A stretch of 64,000 nt of DNA from Candidatus Woesearchaeota archaeon (GCA_046704725.1 JBJKRI010000002.1:18285-82284), one strand, 5' to 3'; counted from the first letter of the stretch, positions 9,034 to 17,768 are shown. The notes: generated by a model not told the origin, from the sequence alone. Numbers and translations: made by a program.

Positions 9034-10731
9034 TTGATGGGGAGGGATGAGATGACGAGAAAGCGTCTGACCGTCGCGGATTTCTTCTGCGGCGCGGGCG
9101 GATGGAGCGAGGGATTCCGGCAGATGGGCTTCGAGATGCGTTTCGCGCTCGACCACTGGCAGCCGGCCGTGGATACCCACGAGCTAAACCATCCCGACTG
9201 CGAGACCGTCCGCATGGACATCCTCGAGCTCGACACCCCCGAGAGGATAGACGCGGTCGTCCCCGACACGGATATCATCGTCGGCTCTCCTCCGTGCGTC
9301 TCCTTCAGCCATTCCAACAACGCGGGCAAGGCCGACAAGTCGCTCGGCGTCCGCCTCATCGAATCCTACCTGCGCATCGTCCTGTGGAAGAAGAGCAAGG
9401 GCGTGCTCAAGCACTGGTGCATGGAGAACGTCCCGAACAGCGCCAAGTACACCAAGGACCGCTACACGTGGAAGGAGCTCGGGCTCCCGGGGAAGGGCCC
9501 CGACCTCGAGGTCCCCGTCCGAGAGTTCCTCGTGGCGGCCGACTTCGGCACGCCGCAGACGCGCAGGCGCTTCGTGTGCGGGGACTATCCGGTGCCGGAG
9601 AGGACGCACGACGAGGAGTCCTGGGTCACGATGCGCCACGTGCTCCGGTCGTTGGGCGAGCCGCTCGGGAAGCGCCCACGGACGGCGAAGGATCCGGTCT
9701 TCGGCTTCTCGCTCCCTGCCAAGCGCCTCACCGACCACTACTATGACACTCGCGTCGCGCCGTTCGAATGGGAGAAGGCCCGTCGCCAGAAGGAGGACCA
9801 CGGCTATATGGGCAGGATGTCCTTCCCCGAGAATCTTGACCGTCCCAGCAGGACGGTCATGGCGACGCGCTCGGCGAGCACGCGCGAGGCCATCATCCTC
9901 GGCGCGGGCACCGACGAGGATGGCGACCCTGTCTACCGGCTCCCGACCATCAGGGAGGTCGCGTGCTACATGTCGTTCCCCATCACCTACCAGTTCCAGG
10001 CGGACTCGGAATCCAACAAGTACCGTCTCGTCGGCAACGCCGTCTGCGTCGGCATGTCCCGGGCGATCGCGGCGGCGATGCTCGACGCGGAGGGGCGGCC
10101 GCGGCCCGAGGGTTTCATCGCGCAGGACATCGAGCCGCCGGGGACGGATCTCACCGGGCTGCGCAAGGAGATAAAGGAGCCGTCTCCCCGGAGGGCGGAC
10201 GCTCGTTTCAAGCGTCACGTGCCGTACCTGAAGGTCCGGAGCTTCCGCGTCGAACTCACGAACGAGCCTTCTGATTTCGACAAGGATTCCATCGTGTGGG
10301 ACGCCGTGCTTCACTACGGGAGCGGCAAGTCGGCGGAGGCCGTCAGTATCCCGTTGCAGTATGCGATGGCGCTCGCGAAGCAACTGCCGCAGTTCCCCGC
10401 GTTCCGTTCCGCCTTCTCTGATATCGTCGAGCAGTTGCCCGACGCGGAGGGTTTCCAGGATCTCTTCACGCAGCGGCTCCGTGGCGAGCGTCTCCTCTCG
10501 CCTTCGGAGGCATTGGAGGAGGTGCGCCGCCTCGTCGACGAGCATCTTCCCGAGGACCGCTTCGGGGATGTCGAGCTGAGGATCCCGCCGTCGTTCCGGC
10601 TGAGCCGCGGACGCATCCCCGGCCGTATCGCGTTCGCGCTCTTCGCTGTGCGTTCCATCGCCGACAAGGTCAATGGAAAAGCTTCACGGTCGGCCACGGC
10701 CCCGCAGCAGGCGGCCGTGCTCTCGGACTAG
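9034..10731 (+). CDS. DNA (cytosine-5)-methyltransferase with C-terminal extension
   Basis: Motif I DFFCGAGG, motif IV GSPPCVSFS, ENV motif (MENV). 565 aa. Confidence 0.85.
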   Translation: MMGRDEMTRKRLTVADFFCGAGGWSEGFRQMGFEMRFALDHWQPAVDTHELNHPDCETVRMDILELDTPERIDAVVPDTDIIVGSPPCVSFSHSNNAGKADKSLGVRLIESYLRIVLWKKSKGVLKHWCMENVPNSAKYTKDRYTWKELGLPGKGPDLEVPVREFLVAADFGTPQTRRRFVCGDYPVPERTHDEESWVTMRHVLRSLGEPLGKRPRTAKDPVFGFSLPAKRLTDHYYDTRVAPFEWEKARRQKEDHGYMGRMSFPENLDRPSRTVMATRSASTREAIILGAGTDEDGDPVYRLPTIREVACYMSFPITYQFQADSESNKYRLVGNAVCVGMSRAIAAAMLDAEGRPRPEGFIAQDIEPPGTDLTGLRKEIKEPSPRRADARFKRHVPYLKVRSFRVELTNEPSDFDKDSIVWDAVLHYGSGKSAEAVSIPLQYAMALAKQLPQFPAFRSAFSDIVEQLPDAEGFQDLFTQRLRGERLLSPSEALEEVRRLVDEHLPEDRFGDVELRIPPSFRLSRGRIPGRIAFALFAVRSIADKVNGKASRSATAPQQAAVLSD

Positions 10732-12074
10732 TCCGTCCTCGTGAACGCCCCGTGTATGACCTTTTTCAGATAGTCCGTCCGGATGAAGAACCCTTTCTTC
10801 ACGACCTCGATGCCTCCCGGGGCCTCGACAGTGTCATTGCCGTCGCTCGCTTTCGGGCGTGTCTGCAGTATCTCGCCCATCGCGCCGGTCAGCTTGTCGG
10901 CCTTCTTCGCCTTGACGAGCCGCTTCGCCTGCAGCCAGTCGCGCCGCATGGTATCGAGCGTCTCTGTGTTCGGACGATGGTAGATGATGGAGTGGAGTAT
11001 GGCCTTGCCTTGCGGCGCTCCGCGCTTCGGGAGCAGCAATATGACGAGCAGCATTCGTTGGACGTCCTCGAAGGCCTTCGAGTCCTCCCACTCGGTCGTG
11101 ATTATGTCGTTGTAGTCGAACCCTCGCAGGCTCATCGCATAGATGGGACGCAGTCCAGGGTTGCAGCGGACGGTCTTCACATTGATGCCCGATTCCAGCA
11201 GCTCCTTCGCGTGCTCCTCCCCCTTGCGCAATCCGAGTGCCCTATACACGACGCTCGCCGCATAGCTCTTCGCGCCGCGCGAGCTGTTCCCGCCGAACTC
11301 CTCGCGCAGCTCGTCGATGGTCTTCCCCCAATACTGCATGCTCTCGATGACGATGCGCGCCATCAGCTCCGAAGGGTCGTCGACGCGCAGCCTGGTCATG
11401 AGCGAGGCCTCCGTGCCGATCTCGGCGCGGGCACGCTTGAGTATGACGTCTAGCAGCGTCCGCCGGAGCGCGAACGCGCGCGACGGCGCTTCCACCGTTC
11501 GCTTCCCGTACCGCACCCGTCGCATCTCGCCTTTGGATCCTTTCCGGCGCGCGACGAGGAGGAGAGTGTCCGATTCGCTGATGGTGTCGGGCTCGCCCGC
11601 GACGACCTTCCGCTTGATCGACTCCCAGTCGTGCGCGAAGACTTTCCAGTCGTTCGCCGTCGGCGTCCAGAGCGTCGCGGTCTCGACGCGCGAGTCGAGG
11701 AAGTCGTCCGCTTCGCTGTAATAGATGATGAGCAGCCGCTCCATCTTCTTCCTGATCTTCGCGCCCGTCCATCTCTCCTTGCGGATGCTCTCGAAATCGA
11801 TCATGCCGAGCGTCAGGGGATACTTCGGGCCGCCGTGGCGGTTGAGAGGCGCGGTCTTGAGCTCCACTCCCGCCTTCGGGAAGTCGGGGCGGCTCTCGTT
11901 GTCGCGCTCCTTGCCCATGATACGCTCGATGATGTTCCCGACCCCGCTCTTCCCTTTCGGTCTCTTGAACGTGAGCCCTCGCTCGGCCGCTATCTGACCG
12001 ATGCTCTTGCCTTCGAGCGATTTCGCGAAAGCGAGGATGCTCTTCGGTTTGGAGTCGTCGAAGGATTGTCGCAT
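10728..12074 (-). CDS. Sau3AI-like (MutH-family) type II restriction endonuclease
   Basis: RPDFPKAGVELKTAPLNRHGGPKY resembles the Sau3AI/MutH N-terminal catalytic region. About 450 aa, similar in length to Sau3AI. Start set at an internal Met; the upstream part of the track ORF is low-complexity. Tail-to-tail with the C5 methyltransferase gene. Confidence 0.7.
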   Translation of the reverse strand: MRQSFDDSKPKSILAFAKSLEGKSIGQIAAERGLTFKRPKGKSGVGNIIERIMGKERDNESRPDFPKAGVELKTAPLNRHGGPKYPLTLGMIDFESIRKERWTGAKIRKKMERLLIIYYSEADDFLDSRVETATLWTPTANDWKVFAHDWESIKRKVVAGEPDTISESDTLLLVARRKGSKGEMRRVRYGKRTVEAPSRAFALRRTLLDVILKRARAEIGTEASLMTRLRVDDPSELMARIVIESMQYWGKTIDELREEFGGNSSRGAKSYAASVVYRALGLRKGEEHAKELLESGINVKTVRCNPGLRPIYAMSLRGFDYNDIITTEWEDSKAFEDVQRMLLVILLLPKRGAPQGKAILHSIIYHRPNTETLDTMRRDWLQAKRLVKAKKADKLTGAMGEILQTRPKASDGNDTVEAPGGIEVVKKGFFIRTDYLKKVIHGAFTRTD

Positions 12075-12405
12075 GCCAGAACCCGCTCCCCGCTCCCTAT
12101 TAATTGTTGCTCTTCTCCCCATCCCCTCACTCCCACACGCCTCCGTCCATTTCCCGTCCCTCGTCGACCGTGTCAGGGATTGCGCGCTCTCTTTCGATCG
12201 CGCCTTCATTTCGCTCCCCTGTACGCATTGACGTCGGTGAGCTGCTCGGCGCGGAGCTCGTTCTCGACGTGAACTCGCCCAATGCCTTGTCTTTCTCGGG
12301 TGCTGTCGTCTCCCCGGGCGGTACCGGTTTGCTCGTCCCGCATCACACCGTCGTCACGCCGGGCATCTGGCCCCGTCAGACCCTGGAGGAGCACGAGCGC
12401 GCTTT

Positions 12406-12427
12406 CCTGACGCGCATCGCCGCCTAG
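12406..12427. repeat. 22-bp junction repeat J1 (cctgacgcgcatcgccgcctag)
   Basis: Exact or near-exact copies at about 13146 and 13693, each at the boundary of small cassettes. Confidence 0.7.
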
Positions 12428-12720
12428 CCGTCTGCGACGATCCCGCTCTCCACGAGCGCTGTGTCGAGCGCGAGGAATCGTTCGACGAGCGGGTGTTTCT
12501 CGTCCAATCGGTACAGCCGCGCTTTCCCGCGCTTTCCCGCTCCGCGCAATACCTTCGCTCGTACCAGCCCGTCCCAGACGGGCTTGGCGGTCTGGAAGGC
12601 CATTCCTTCCTCGCGCACGAGGTCCGCGAGCGCGTGGCTGAATTCGCGATTGTCCAAGAAATAGTCGATGATGCGTACAGTCGGCGAGGCCCCGAGCACC
12701 TGCCGGAAGACCGTTTCCAT
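12424..12720 (-). CDS. winged-helix DNA-binding protein
   Basis: 98 aa with an HTH-like pattern (...EFSHALADLVREEGMAF...RLYRL...). Confidence 0.45.
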   Translation of the reverse strand: METVFRQVLGASPTVRIIDYFLDNREFSHALADLVREEGMAFQTAKPVWDGLVRAKVLRGAGKRGKARLYRLDEKHPLVERFLALDTALVESGIVADG

Positions 12721-12846
12721 ACCGCATGAAAAGATTAAACGGATTTAAGTTTATCGCTCGCGTGGCCGGTTTTTCCTTCACACGTGCCTGACTCCTTCCG
12801 GAACGCGGACGGTCCTCGCTTTGAAGGGCGCATCCGTTGGCAGGGC

Positions 12847-13089
12847 ATGCCCTCCCTCGAGCGTCATATCCTCCGCAAGCTCTACCGTCGCCGCTGTATC
12901 GGCGCAAAGCACACCGCAGCGGAGAACGCCCTTTCCGGTGTGCCTGCGCATCTTCGCAAGCGCGCGAAGCACGCCCTCGCAGGGCTCATCTCGGACGGCT
13001 TGGTGCGCGCGAAACCGACGGCCTACGGTCTGCAGGTCAGTCTCGAGCCCGCTCGTTTGCCCGAGATCAGGCGTATCCTTGGCGTCTGA
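12847..13089 (+). CDS. small winged-helix protein
   Basis: ...LSGVPAHLRKRAKHALAGLISDGLVRAK...YGLQVSLE... wHTH-like. Start chosen at an internal Met. Confidence 0.3.
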   Translation: MPSLERHILRKLYRRRCIGAKHTAAENALSGVPAHLRKRAKHALAGLISDGLVRAKPTAYGLQVSLEPARLPEIRRILGV

Positions 13090-13145
13090 GCGCCCCCTCA
13101 CTCCTGATATTTATCCTCGGGACGGTCTCGTCACGGACAAGATCT

Positions 13146-13167
13146 CCTGACGCGCATCGCCGCCTAG
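13146..13167. repeat. 22-bp junction repeat J2
   Basis: cctgacgcgcatcgccgcctag, identical to J1. Confidence 0.7.
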
Positions 13168-13186
13168 TGCCCTTCACTGGACACCT

Positions 13187-13441
13187 ATGCCCGCAAGCTA
13201 TACCTTTATCTTCTCCGTCGTCCTCTACATGGTCATGACGCGTTTGACGGCGGTGATCGAGGAGGAGGACGGCGTGTTCATCGCGAGCTGTCCGGAGATC
13301 GGCACCGTCAGTCAGGGGGCGACGCGGAAGCGCGCCTTGCGGAATCTCAAGGAGGCGACGGAGCTGTACCTCGCCGAGTTCCCGCACGCTCGCAGCGCGC
13401 AGGTGACTGCTTTCGAGGTCGCCGATGCCGCCAAGGCGTAA
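13187..13441 (+). CDS. hicB: HicB-family antitoxin (UPF0150)
   Basis: ...LTAVIEEEDGVFIASCPEIGTVSQGATRKRALRNLKEATELYL... is the typical HicB N-terminal domain. The true start is probably the internal Met near 13235. Confidence 0.6.
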   Translation: MPASYTFIFSVVLYMVMTRLTAVIEEEDGVFIASCPEIGTVSQGATRKRALRNLKEATELYLAEFPHARSAQVTAFEVADAAKA

Positions 13442-13655
13442 GCTCTCCGGAGCGGAGTGCGTGAAGGTCCTCTGCAATTGTTTCGGTTTCCGCGTGGCGC
13501 GCCAGAGCGGCAGCCACATCATCTTGCGCAAGGAGACTGCGGATGGCTCTGTGGGAACTGTGGTGCCGGCGCATCGTGCCTTGCGTATCGGCACGATCAA
13601 GAGGATCCTCCGTCTCGCGCACGTGGATGAGGACGCGTTCTGGGCGGAGGTCTGA
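13425..13655 (+). CDS. hicA: HicA-family toxin (YcfA-like)
   Basis: 76 aa, ...GFRVARQSGSHIILRK... HicA pattern. Overlaps the hicB end. Confidence 0.6.
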   Translation: MPPRRKLSGAECVKVLCNCFGFRVARQSGSHIILRKETADGSVGTVVPAHRALRIGTIKRILRLAHVDEDAFWAEV

Positions 13656-13692
13656 TGCTGCTACGCCTGCTGCCCCCCTCCCAACCATGACT

Positions 13693-13714
13693 CCTGGCGC
13701 GCATCGCCGTCTAG
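13693..13714. repeat. 22-bp junction repeat J3 (cctggcgcgcatcgccgtctag)
   Basis: Two mismatches relative to J1 and J2. Confidence 0.6.
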
Positions 13715-13728
13715 CCCTGCCCCATCGT

Positions 13729-14052
13729 TCACGGCAGCAACAGCCGTAGCTTCTCCGCCACGTTTTGCACCACTCGCTCCGGAGCCTTTCCCGCTTTCCG
13801 CGCCTTTCGCGCGATCCAATCCACTGTCCGCACTTGGTCGGCGAGGACCACGCCTTTCACTTTTCCGCGCAGCGCGACCTCGAAGGGATAGCCTTTCGCG
13901 CGTGTCGTGATCGGGCACGCGATGAGCAGTCCTGTGCGTCGGTTGTACTCGACGGGTGAGAGCACCAACGCCGGCTTGCCGCGTTGTTCGTGCCCTGCTG
14001 TGGGTGAGAGGTCGAGCCAGACGATGTCGCCCCTACCAGGCTTCGCGTCCAA
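13729..14052 (-). CDS. mazF: MazF/PemK toxin
   Basis: ...GDIVWLDLSPTAGHEQRGKPALVLSP... Confidence 0.75.
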   Translation of the reverse strand: MDAKPGRGDIVWLDLSPTAGHEQRGKPALVLSPVEYNRRTGLLIACPITTRAKGYPFEVALRGKVKGVVLADQVRTVDWIARKARKAGKAPERVVQNVAEKLRLLLP

Positions 14053-14263
14053 CGGGCCCTCCCCAGTCGGTCTCTTCTTGCCGCTCCACTCCCTCGAGGA
14101 GCGCGGCCAGCCGTTCCTCCTTGCTGGGTCGTTTGAGCGTGATGCCGTTTCCTGCCTTGTCCAGCTCGAGCTCCGCGTCGAGTTGCCAGTCGAGGTCGTC
14201 GACGACGCTTTTCGGCAGGCGGATGGCGTAGCTGTTGCCCCATTTGCGGATGCTGATCCTCAT
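14033..14263 (-). CDS. mazE: AbrB/MazE antitoxin
   Basis: MRISIRKWGNSYAIRLPKSVVDDL... SpoVT-AbrB pattern. Confidence 0.7.
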   Translation of the reverse strand: MRISIRKWGNSYAIRLPKSVVDDLDWQLDAELELDKAGNGITLKRPSKEERLAALLEGVERQEETDWGGPVGREAW

Positions 14264-14264
14264 G

Positions 14265-14326
14265 TAGATACAAAGTATATCCTTCTTTATCTGTCTTCCG
14301 GCAGGACGACCGGAAAAGTGATCCCG
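14265..14326. promoter_or_regulatory. P upstream module copy a (TATA-like ATAAAG plus inverted repeat cttccgg..ccggaaaag), directly upstream of mazE
   Basis: ...aagtatatccttctttatctgtcttccggcaggacgaccggaaaagtg... is repeated at about 15460 and 16080, each directly upstream of a minus-strand antitoxin start. Confidence 0.6.
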
Positions 14327-14351
14327 GCGGACCCCTCCATCTGTTCTCGCT

Positions 14352-14488
14352 GGACGCCTACGCCCGCAGGCTCTGCCTTTATCTTCTCCGTCGTCCTCTG
14401 CATGGTCGTGCGTTTGACGGCGGTGATCGAGGAGGACGGCGTGTTCGTCGCGAGCTGTCCGGAGATCGGACGCATCCTGGGCATCTGA
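14352..14488 (+). pseudogene. hicB remnant (5' fragment duplicate of 13176-13311)
   Basis: About 130 bp near-identical to the start of hicB, with a 3-bp indel. It lacks a proper start, ends after ...CPEIGRILGI and has no hicA. Confidence 0.55.
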
Positions 14489-14542
14489 GCTCTCGTGCCC
14501 GATCCGATTGCGAGACGATCCCTCATGCCGCTGCTTCGCGCT

Positions 14543-14806
14543 TCAGAACACTGCGTCCTCGTGCGAAACGAAGAACGTGACCTTCTCGTTCCTCTCCAGC
14601 TGTTTCACCGCGTACTCCATCCGCGCCGCCGCGGATTTGTCGTCGCAGAGTATCGCGTGCAGCAATCGTCCGTACCTGTGCCCGCGCACGTACTTCGAGC
14701 CGCGTCCGCTCTTGTGCGCGTCCATCCGTCTCGGAAGGTCGTTGGTGATGCCCGTATACAACGTTTCATCAGAACATTCGAGCAGGTAGACGTACCAGAA
14801 GTCCAT
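14543..14806 (-). CDS. GIY-YIG nuclease domain protein
   Basis: MDFWYVYLLECSDETLYTGITNDLPRRMDAH... is the canonical GIY-YIG N-terminus; 87 aa. Confidence 0.7.
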   Translation of the reverse strand: MDFWYVYLLECSDETLYTGITNDLPRRMDAHKSGRGSKYVRGHRYGRLLHAILCDDKSAAARMEYAVKQLERNEKVTFFVSHEDAVF

Positions 14807-14848
14807 CAGAAAACGTTCCGGCCGTCTTCTGACTTAAGCGTTTCGCGG

Positions 14849-15241
14849 TCAATCGATGACAGTCACGCCGGCCTTCCCGAACTCCGCGTCGAAGGTCGCG
14901 ATCCGGTCAGCGCCGTGCGCTCTCATCTGCGCGAGCAGCACGGCGTCCGTGAAGGAGAATCTGTTCTTTCCCGTGAATATCCTCCACGCCTCCTCGAGCT
15001 CTTTCGCGTTCGTGAAGGCTATCGCCACGCTTGTCCGCCGCACCTCAGTCCCGGCGAGCACGGCCACGCGCTTGTTCACGCGCCGCGTCAGGACGTTGAG
15101 CAGCTCGTCGAAGACGTACTCGCTCATGATGATGTCGTCGTCCACGATGCGCGCGAGCACCGCGACCGCGCGCTCGTGCAGCGCATCGCGCGGGTTGAGG
15201 TAGGCGACGTACACGTTCGTGTCGATGAAGGTCCTAGCCAT
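14849..15241 (-). CDS. vapC: PIN-domain toxin
   Basis: MARTFIDTNVYVAY... carries the PIN N-terminal Asp; 130 aa. Confidence 0.75.
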   Translation of the reverse strand: MARTFIDTNVYVAYLNPRDALHERAVAVLARIVDDDIIMSEYVFDELLNVLTRRVNKRVAVLAGTEVRRTSVAIAFTNAKELEEAWRIFTGKNRFSFTDAVLLAQMRAHGADRIATFDAEFGKAGVTVID

Positions 15242-15458
15242 ACAGGGTCTCGTCGATCTCTTGGCTCAGGCGTTCTGTGCCCTTTCCGAAGTCGAAGGTC
15301 CGCATCCGCGTGATCGGGATGGTCTTTCCTTCCTGCTGGTCGAGCCACCCGCGCATCGCCTCGTTCATGGCTTGCCCCACGTTCTTGTCCCGCCGCGCGG
15401 CGGCGATCTTGAACTCCTTGAAGAGCGCGTCGTCCACATTCCGCACACTGATTGTCAT
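15234..15458 (-). CDS. vapB: VapB-type antitoxin
   Basis: MTISVRNVDDALFKEFKIAAARRD... Start moved to the internal Met; the track ORF extends into the P repeat. Confidence 0.55.
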   Translation of the reverse strand: MTISVRNVDDALFKEFKIAAARRDKNVGQAMNEAMRGWLDQQEGKTIPITRMRTFDFGKGTERLSQEIDETLYG

Positions 15459-15459
15459 A

Positions 15460-15522
15460 CAAGTAAACAAGTATACTTTCTTTATCAGTCTTGCGGCGCC
15501 AAGACCGGAAAACCGGGCGTTG
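15460..15522. promoter_or_regulatory. P upstream module copy b
   Basis: ...aagtatactttctttatcagtcttgcggcgccaagaccggaaaacc... Confidence 0.55.
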
Positions 15523-15537
15523 CGCATAGCTAGAGAC

Positions 15538-15894
15538 TCAGGGTATCGTCACAAGGCCGAGGCTCACGCGCAGCGCCTCGTCCAGTTCCAGCATCGTCTT
15601 GACTTCCCCGACCCGTTTCACCAGCCGCCTCTTGTCCACCGCGCGGATCTGGTTGCACAGCGCTTTGGAAGGCTGCGAGAGCCCGCTCTGTTTCCCGAGC
15701 GCGACATCCGTCGGGTGCAGCCGATCCACGTGCTTGGACGTCACCGGCGCGACGATCGTGGTGGGACTGTAGGCGTTACCGATATCGTTCTGGATCACCA
15801 CCGCGGGCCGGGCGTTGCGGATCTCGCTGCCGACGGTCGTGCCGAGATCCACGAGCCAGATCTCGCCGCGTCTCACAGCTCGAACGCGTCCCAC
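15538..15894 (-). CDS. mazF: MazF/PemK toxin
   Basis: ...GEIWLVDLGTTVGSEIRNARPAVVIQND... Confidence 0.75.
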   Translation of the reverse strand: MGRVRAVRRGEIWLVDLGTTVGSEIRNARPAVVIQNDIGNAYSPTTIVAPVTSKHVDRLHPTDVALGKQSGLSQPSKALCNQIRAVDKRRLVKRVGEVKTMLELDEALRVSLGLVTIP

Positions 15895-16079
15895 TCGGCG
15901 AATTCCTCCATCTGTTCTGCTGCGACCGCTTCGTACTCTTCTATGAGCCGTTCGCGCAGCCGTGCGCGGCGCTGCCCCTGCGCCAGGCGCCGGATGACCG
16001 TGTCGTAGCTCTCCCGCTCGTCCTTGAGCGTGTCCAGCGCCGCTTTGGTATCCTCGTGGAGCTTGATCGTCGTGACCAT
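15873..16079 (-). CDS. putative antitoxin (68 aa)
   Basis: MVTTIKLHEDTKAALDTLKDERESYDTVIRRLAQ... Only the first about 68 codons of track ORF 15873..16769 look coding; the rest is antisense to the plus-strand gene. Confidence 0.45.
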   Translation of the reverse strand: MVTTIKLHEDTKAALDTLKDERESYDTVIRRLAQGQRRARLRERLIEEYEAVAAEQMEEFAEWDAFEL

Positions 16080-16142
16080 GGTATACCTAAAGTATACCTT
16101 CTTTATCTGTCTTGCGCCTTCCGTCCCGGAAAACCCAGTGAT
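16080..16142. promoter_or_regulatory. P upstream module copy c
   Basis: ...aagtataccttctttatctgtcttgcgccttccgtcccggaaaacc... Confidence 0.55.
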
Positions 16143-16211
16143 GGCGCTGCCGTCCCTGCGGGCCAGCGTGCCTGCACAATCTTTTTCAACCGCCCTACCG
16201 CGAATCGTACC

Positions 16212-16946
16212 ATGAAAGCGCGCGACTATCTCGAGAAGCTCGGCGAGCTCGCGCCGCGCGTCGAGCAGCTCGCCCGCATCGAACGCAACAGGAAGCGACG
16301 CCTCAACGAGCTCCTTCCGAGCCTCGAGGCGCCGACGGCGGACGACCTCAAGCGTCTTTCCGTCATGACCGCGAACGAGCGCCGGCTCGTGCACATGGTC
16401 CAGCTCGCCGTCGACCAGTGCGCCACCTACGCCTCCAAGGCGTCGGCGCGCGAGGTCCGCAGCACGGCCGTCCACGCCGAGCGATTGTTCGCGGATTTCA
16501 CCAAGCACCTGAAAGAACGCGGCAAGCGCCTCGATGTGCAGGAACGGTTCGTGGAAGAACCGCGCGCGCAGGACTTCCATGCCGCGCACGTCATCGCGCA
16601 GATGCTGCAGCGCGAGGACGAGGAGACACAGAGGCTCTTCACGCGTGCGCGTTCCGTCTTCGAGGAATCCTCCCAGGCGCTCGAGCGCCTGCTCGCCCGC
16701 ATCGCCGAGCGAAAGGACGGTCCTGTCCGCGCCATGGCGCTCGGCGTCCTCAATCAGGTCAGGGCCCATCCCTTCGGCACGATCGCGTCTGCTGTCGCTG
16801 TCACATCCCTTTCCTCGCTCATGGTCGCGCTCAGCCGCGACCCGCAGCTCGCGGCCGCCTTCAACGGACCCCTCTCCAGCGTCGTCGTGGTCTTGTCATG
16901 CGTCACGACGATCGTCCCGTTCGCGAGGGTCACAGGGGAGAAGTAG
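16212..16946 (+). CDS. hypothetical protein (helical, C-terminal hydrophobic segment)
   Basis: K/E/R-rich, coding-like; the internal Met MKARDYLEKL is the likely start. The overlapping minus-strand ORF is antisense junk. Confidence 0.4.
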   Translation: MKARDYLEKLGELAPRVEQLARIERNRKRRLNELLPSLEAPTADDLKRLSVMTANERRLVHMVQLAVDQCATYASKASAREVRSTAVHAERLFADFTKHLKERGKRLDVQERFVEEPRAQDFHAAHVIAQMLQREDEETQRLFTRARSVFEESSQALERLLARIAERKDGPVRAMALGVLNQVRAHPFGTIASAVAVTSLSSLMVALSRDPQLAAAFNGPLSSVVVVLSCVTTIVPFARVTGEK

Positions 16947-17003
16947 AGCGCCTGACGGTTCCCTCCCCGCAACCCTTAAAGACCCGCTCCCCCTCGTCCG
17001 TCC

Positions 17004-17711
17004 ATGCTCACGCTGTTCAACTCGCTCACCCGCAAGAAGGAGCCCTTCACCCCGCTCACCAAGGGCGAAGCGAGGTTCTACGCCTGCGGGCCCACCGTCT
17101 ACAACTACGCGCATCTCGGCAATCTCCGCGCCTTCTTGTTCGCCGACATCCTCCGCCGCGCATTGCAGTACGACGGCCTCAAGGTCAAGGAGGTCATGAA
17201 CCTCACCGACGTCGGGCACCTCACCGACGACGCTGACCAGGGCGAGGACAAGCTCGAGAAAGAAGCCAAGAAGGAGCACAAGTCCGCCTGGGATGTCGCG
17301 ACGTTCTACACCGAGGCGTTCCTCCATGATATCGACGCGCTCGATATCGAGCGCCCCGACGTCCTGCCCAAGGCGACCGACCATATCGCAGAGCAATGGA
17401 GCATGGTCGAGACCATCATGCGAAACGGCTATGCCTACGTCACCGCGGATGGCATCTACTTCGACACGTCCAAGCTCGATGACTACGGCAAGCTCATCCC
17501 CAACTTCGACCCATCCTCCCTAGAAGCGGGCAAGCGCGTCGACCTCGGCGGCAAGCGTCACCCGACCGACTTCGCCCTCTGGAAGTTCTCCCCTAAGGAT
17601 GAGAAGCGCCAGATGGAGTGGACCACGAGCATGGAGGTCGTGGTCGACGAGGCCATGGAAGAAGAGCTGCGCTCTATCGCGGGGAAGAACCCGCATGTGC
17701 GGATCGATTGA
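17004..17711 (+). CDS. cysS: cysteinyl-tRNA synthetase, N-terminal half (catalytic HIGH region through the ...DFALWKF... segment)
   Basis: [19 protein letters not shown] contains the HIGH motif and matches the CysS N-terminus through [18 protein letters not shown]. It then diverges into a 26-aa novel tail and stops. Confidence 0.85.
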   Translation: MLTLFNSLTRKKEPFTPLTKGEARFYACGPTVYNYAHLGNLRAFLFADILRRALQYDGLKVKEVMNLTDVGHLTDDADQGEDKLEKEAKKEHKSAWDVATFYTEAFLHDIDALDIERPDVLPKATDHIAEQWSMVETIMRNGYAYVTADGIYFDTSKLDDYGKLIPNFDPSSLEAGKRVDLGGKRHPTDFALWKFSPKDEKRQMEWTTSMEVVVDEAMEEELRSIAGKNPHVRID

Positions 17712-17768
17712 AACGGGAAATCCTCCATAGCAACCGGAATTCCTCACAAGACATCCACGGCCGCAACG
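17712..17768. promoter_or_regulatory. F1 upstream module copy 3 (reverse orientation), upstream of the relBE cassette inserted in cysS
   Basis: aaacgggaaatcctccatagcaaccggaattcctcacaagacatccacggccgcaacg. Confidence 0.6.

Noticed and set aside
9184-10545. 453-aa minus-strand ORF antisense to the C5 methyltransferase gene
   Set aside because: Arg/Leu/Gly-rich junk composition; the plus-strand gene has clear methyltransferase motifs.
12406-13714. Possible CRISPR array (three copies of a 22-bp repeat)
   Set aside because: Spacing is 740 and 547 bp and the spacers are whole genes; there are no cas genes. Treated as cassette junction repeats instead.
15873-16769. 298-aa minus-strand ORF
   Set aside because: Only the first about 68 codons (the antitoxin next to mazF) look real. 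The remainder is antisense to the better-supported plus-strand gene 16212..16946.
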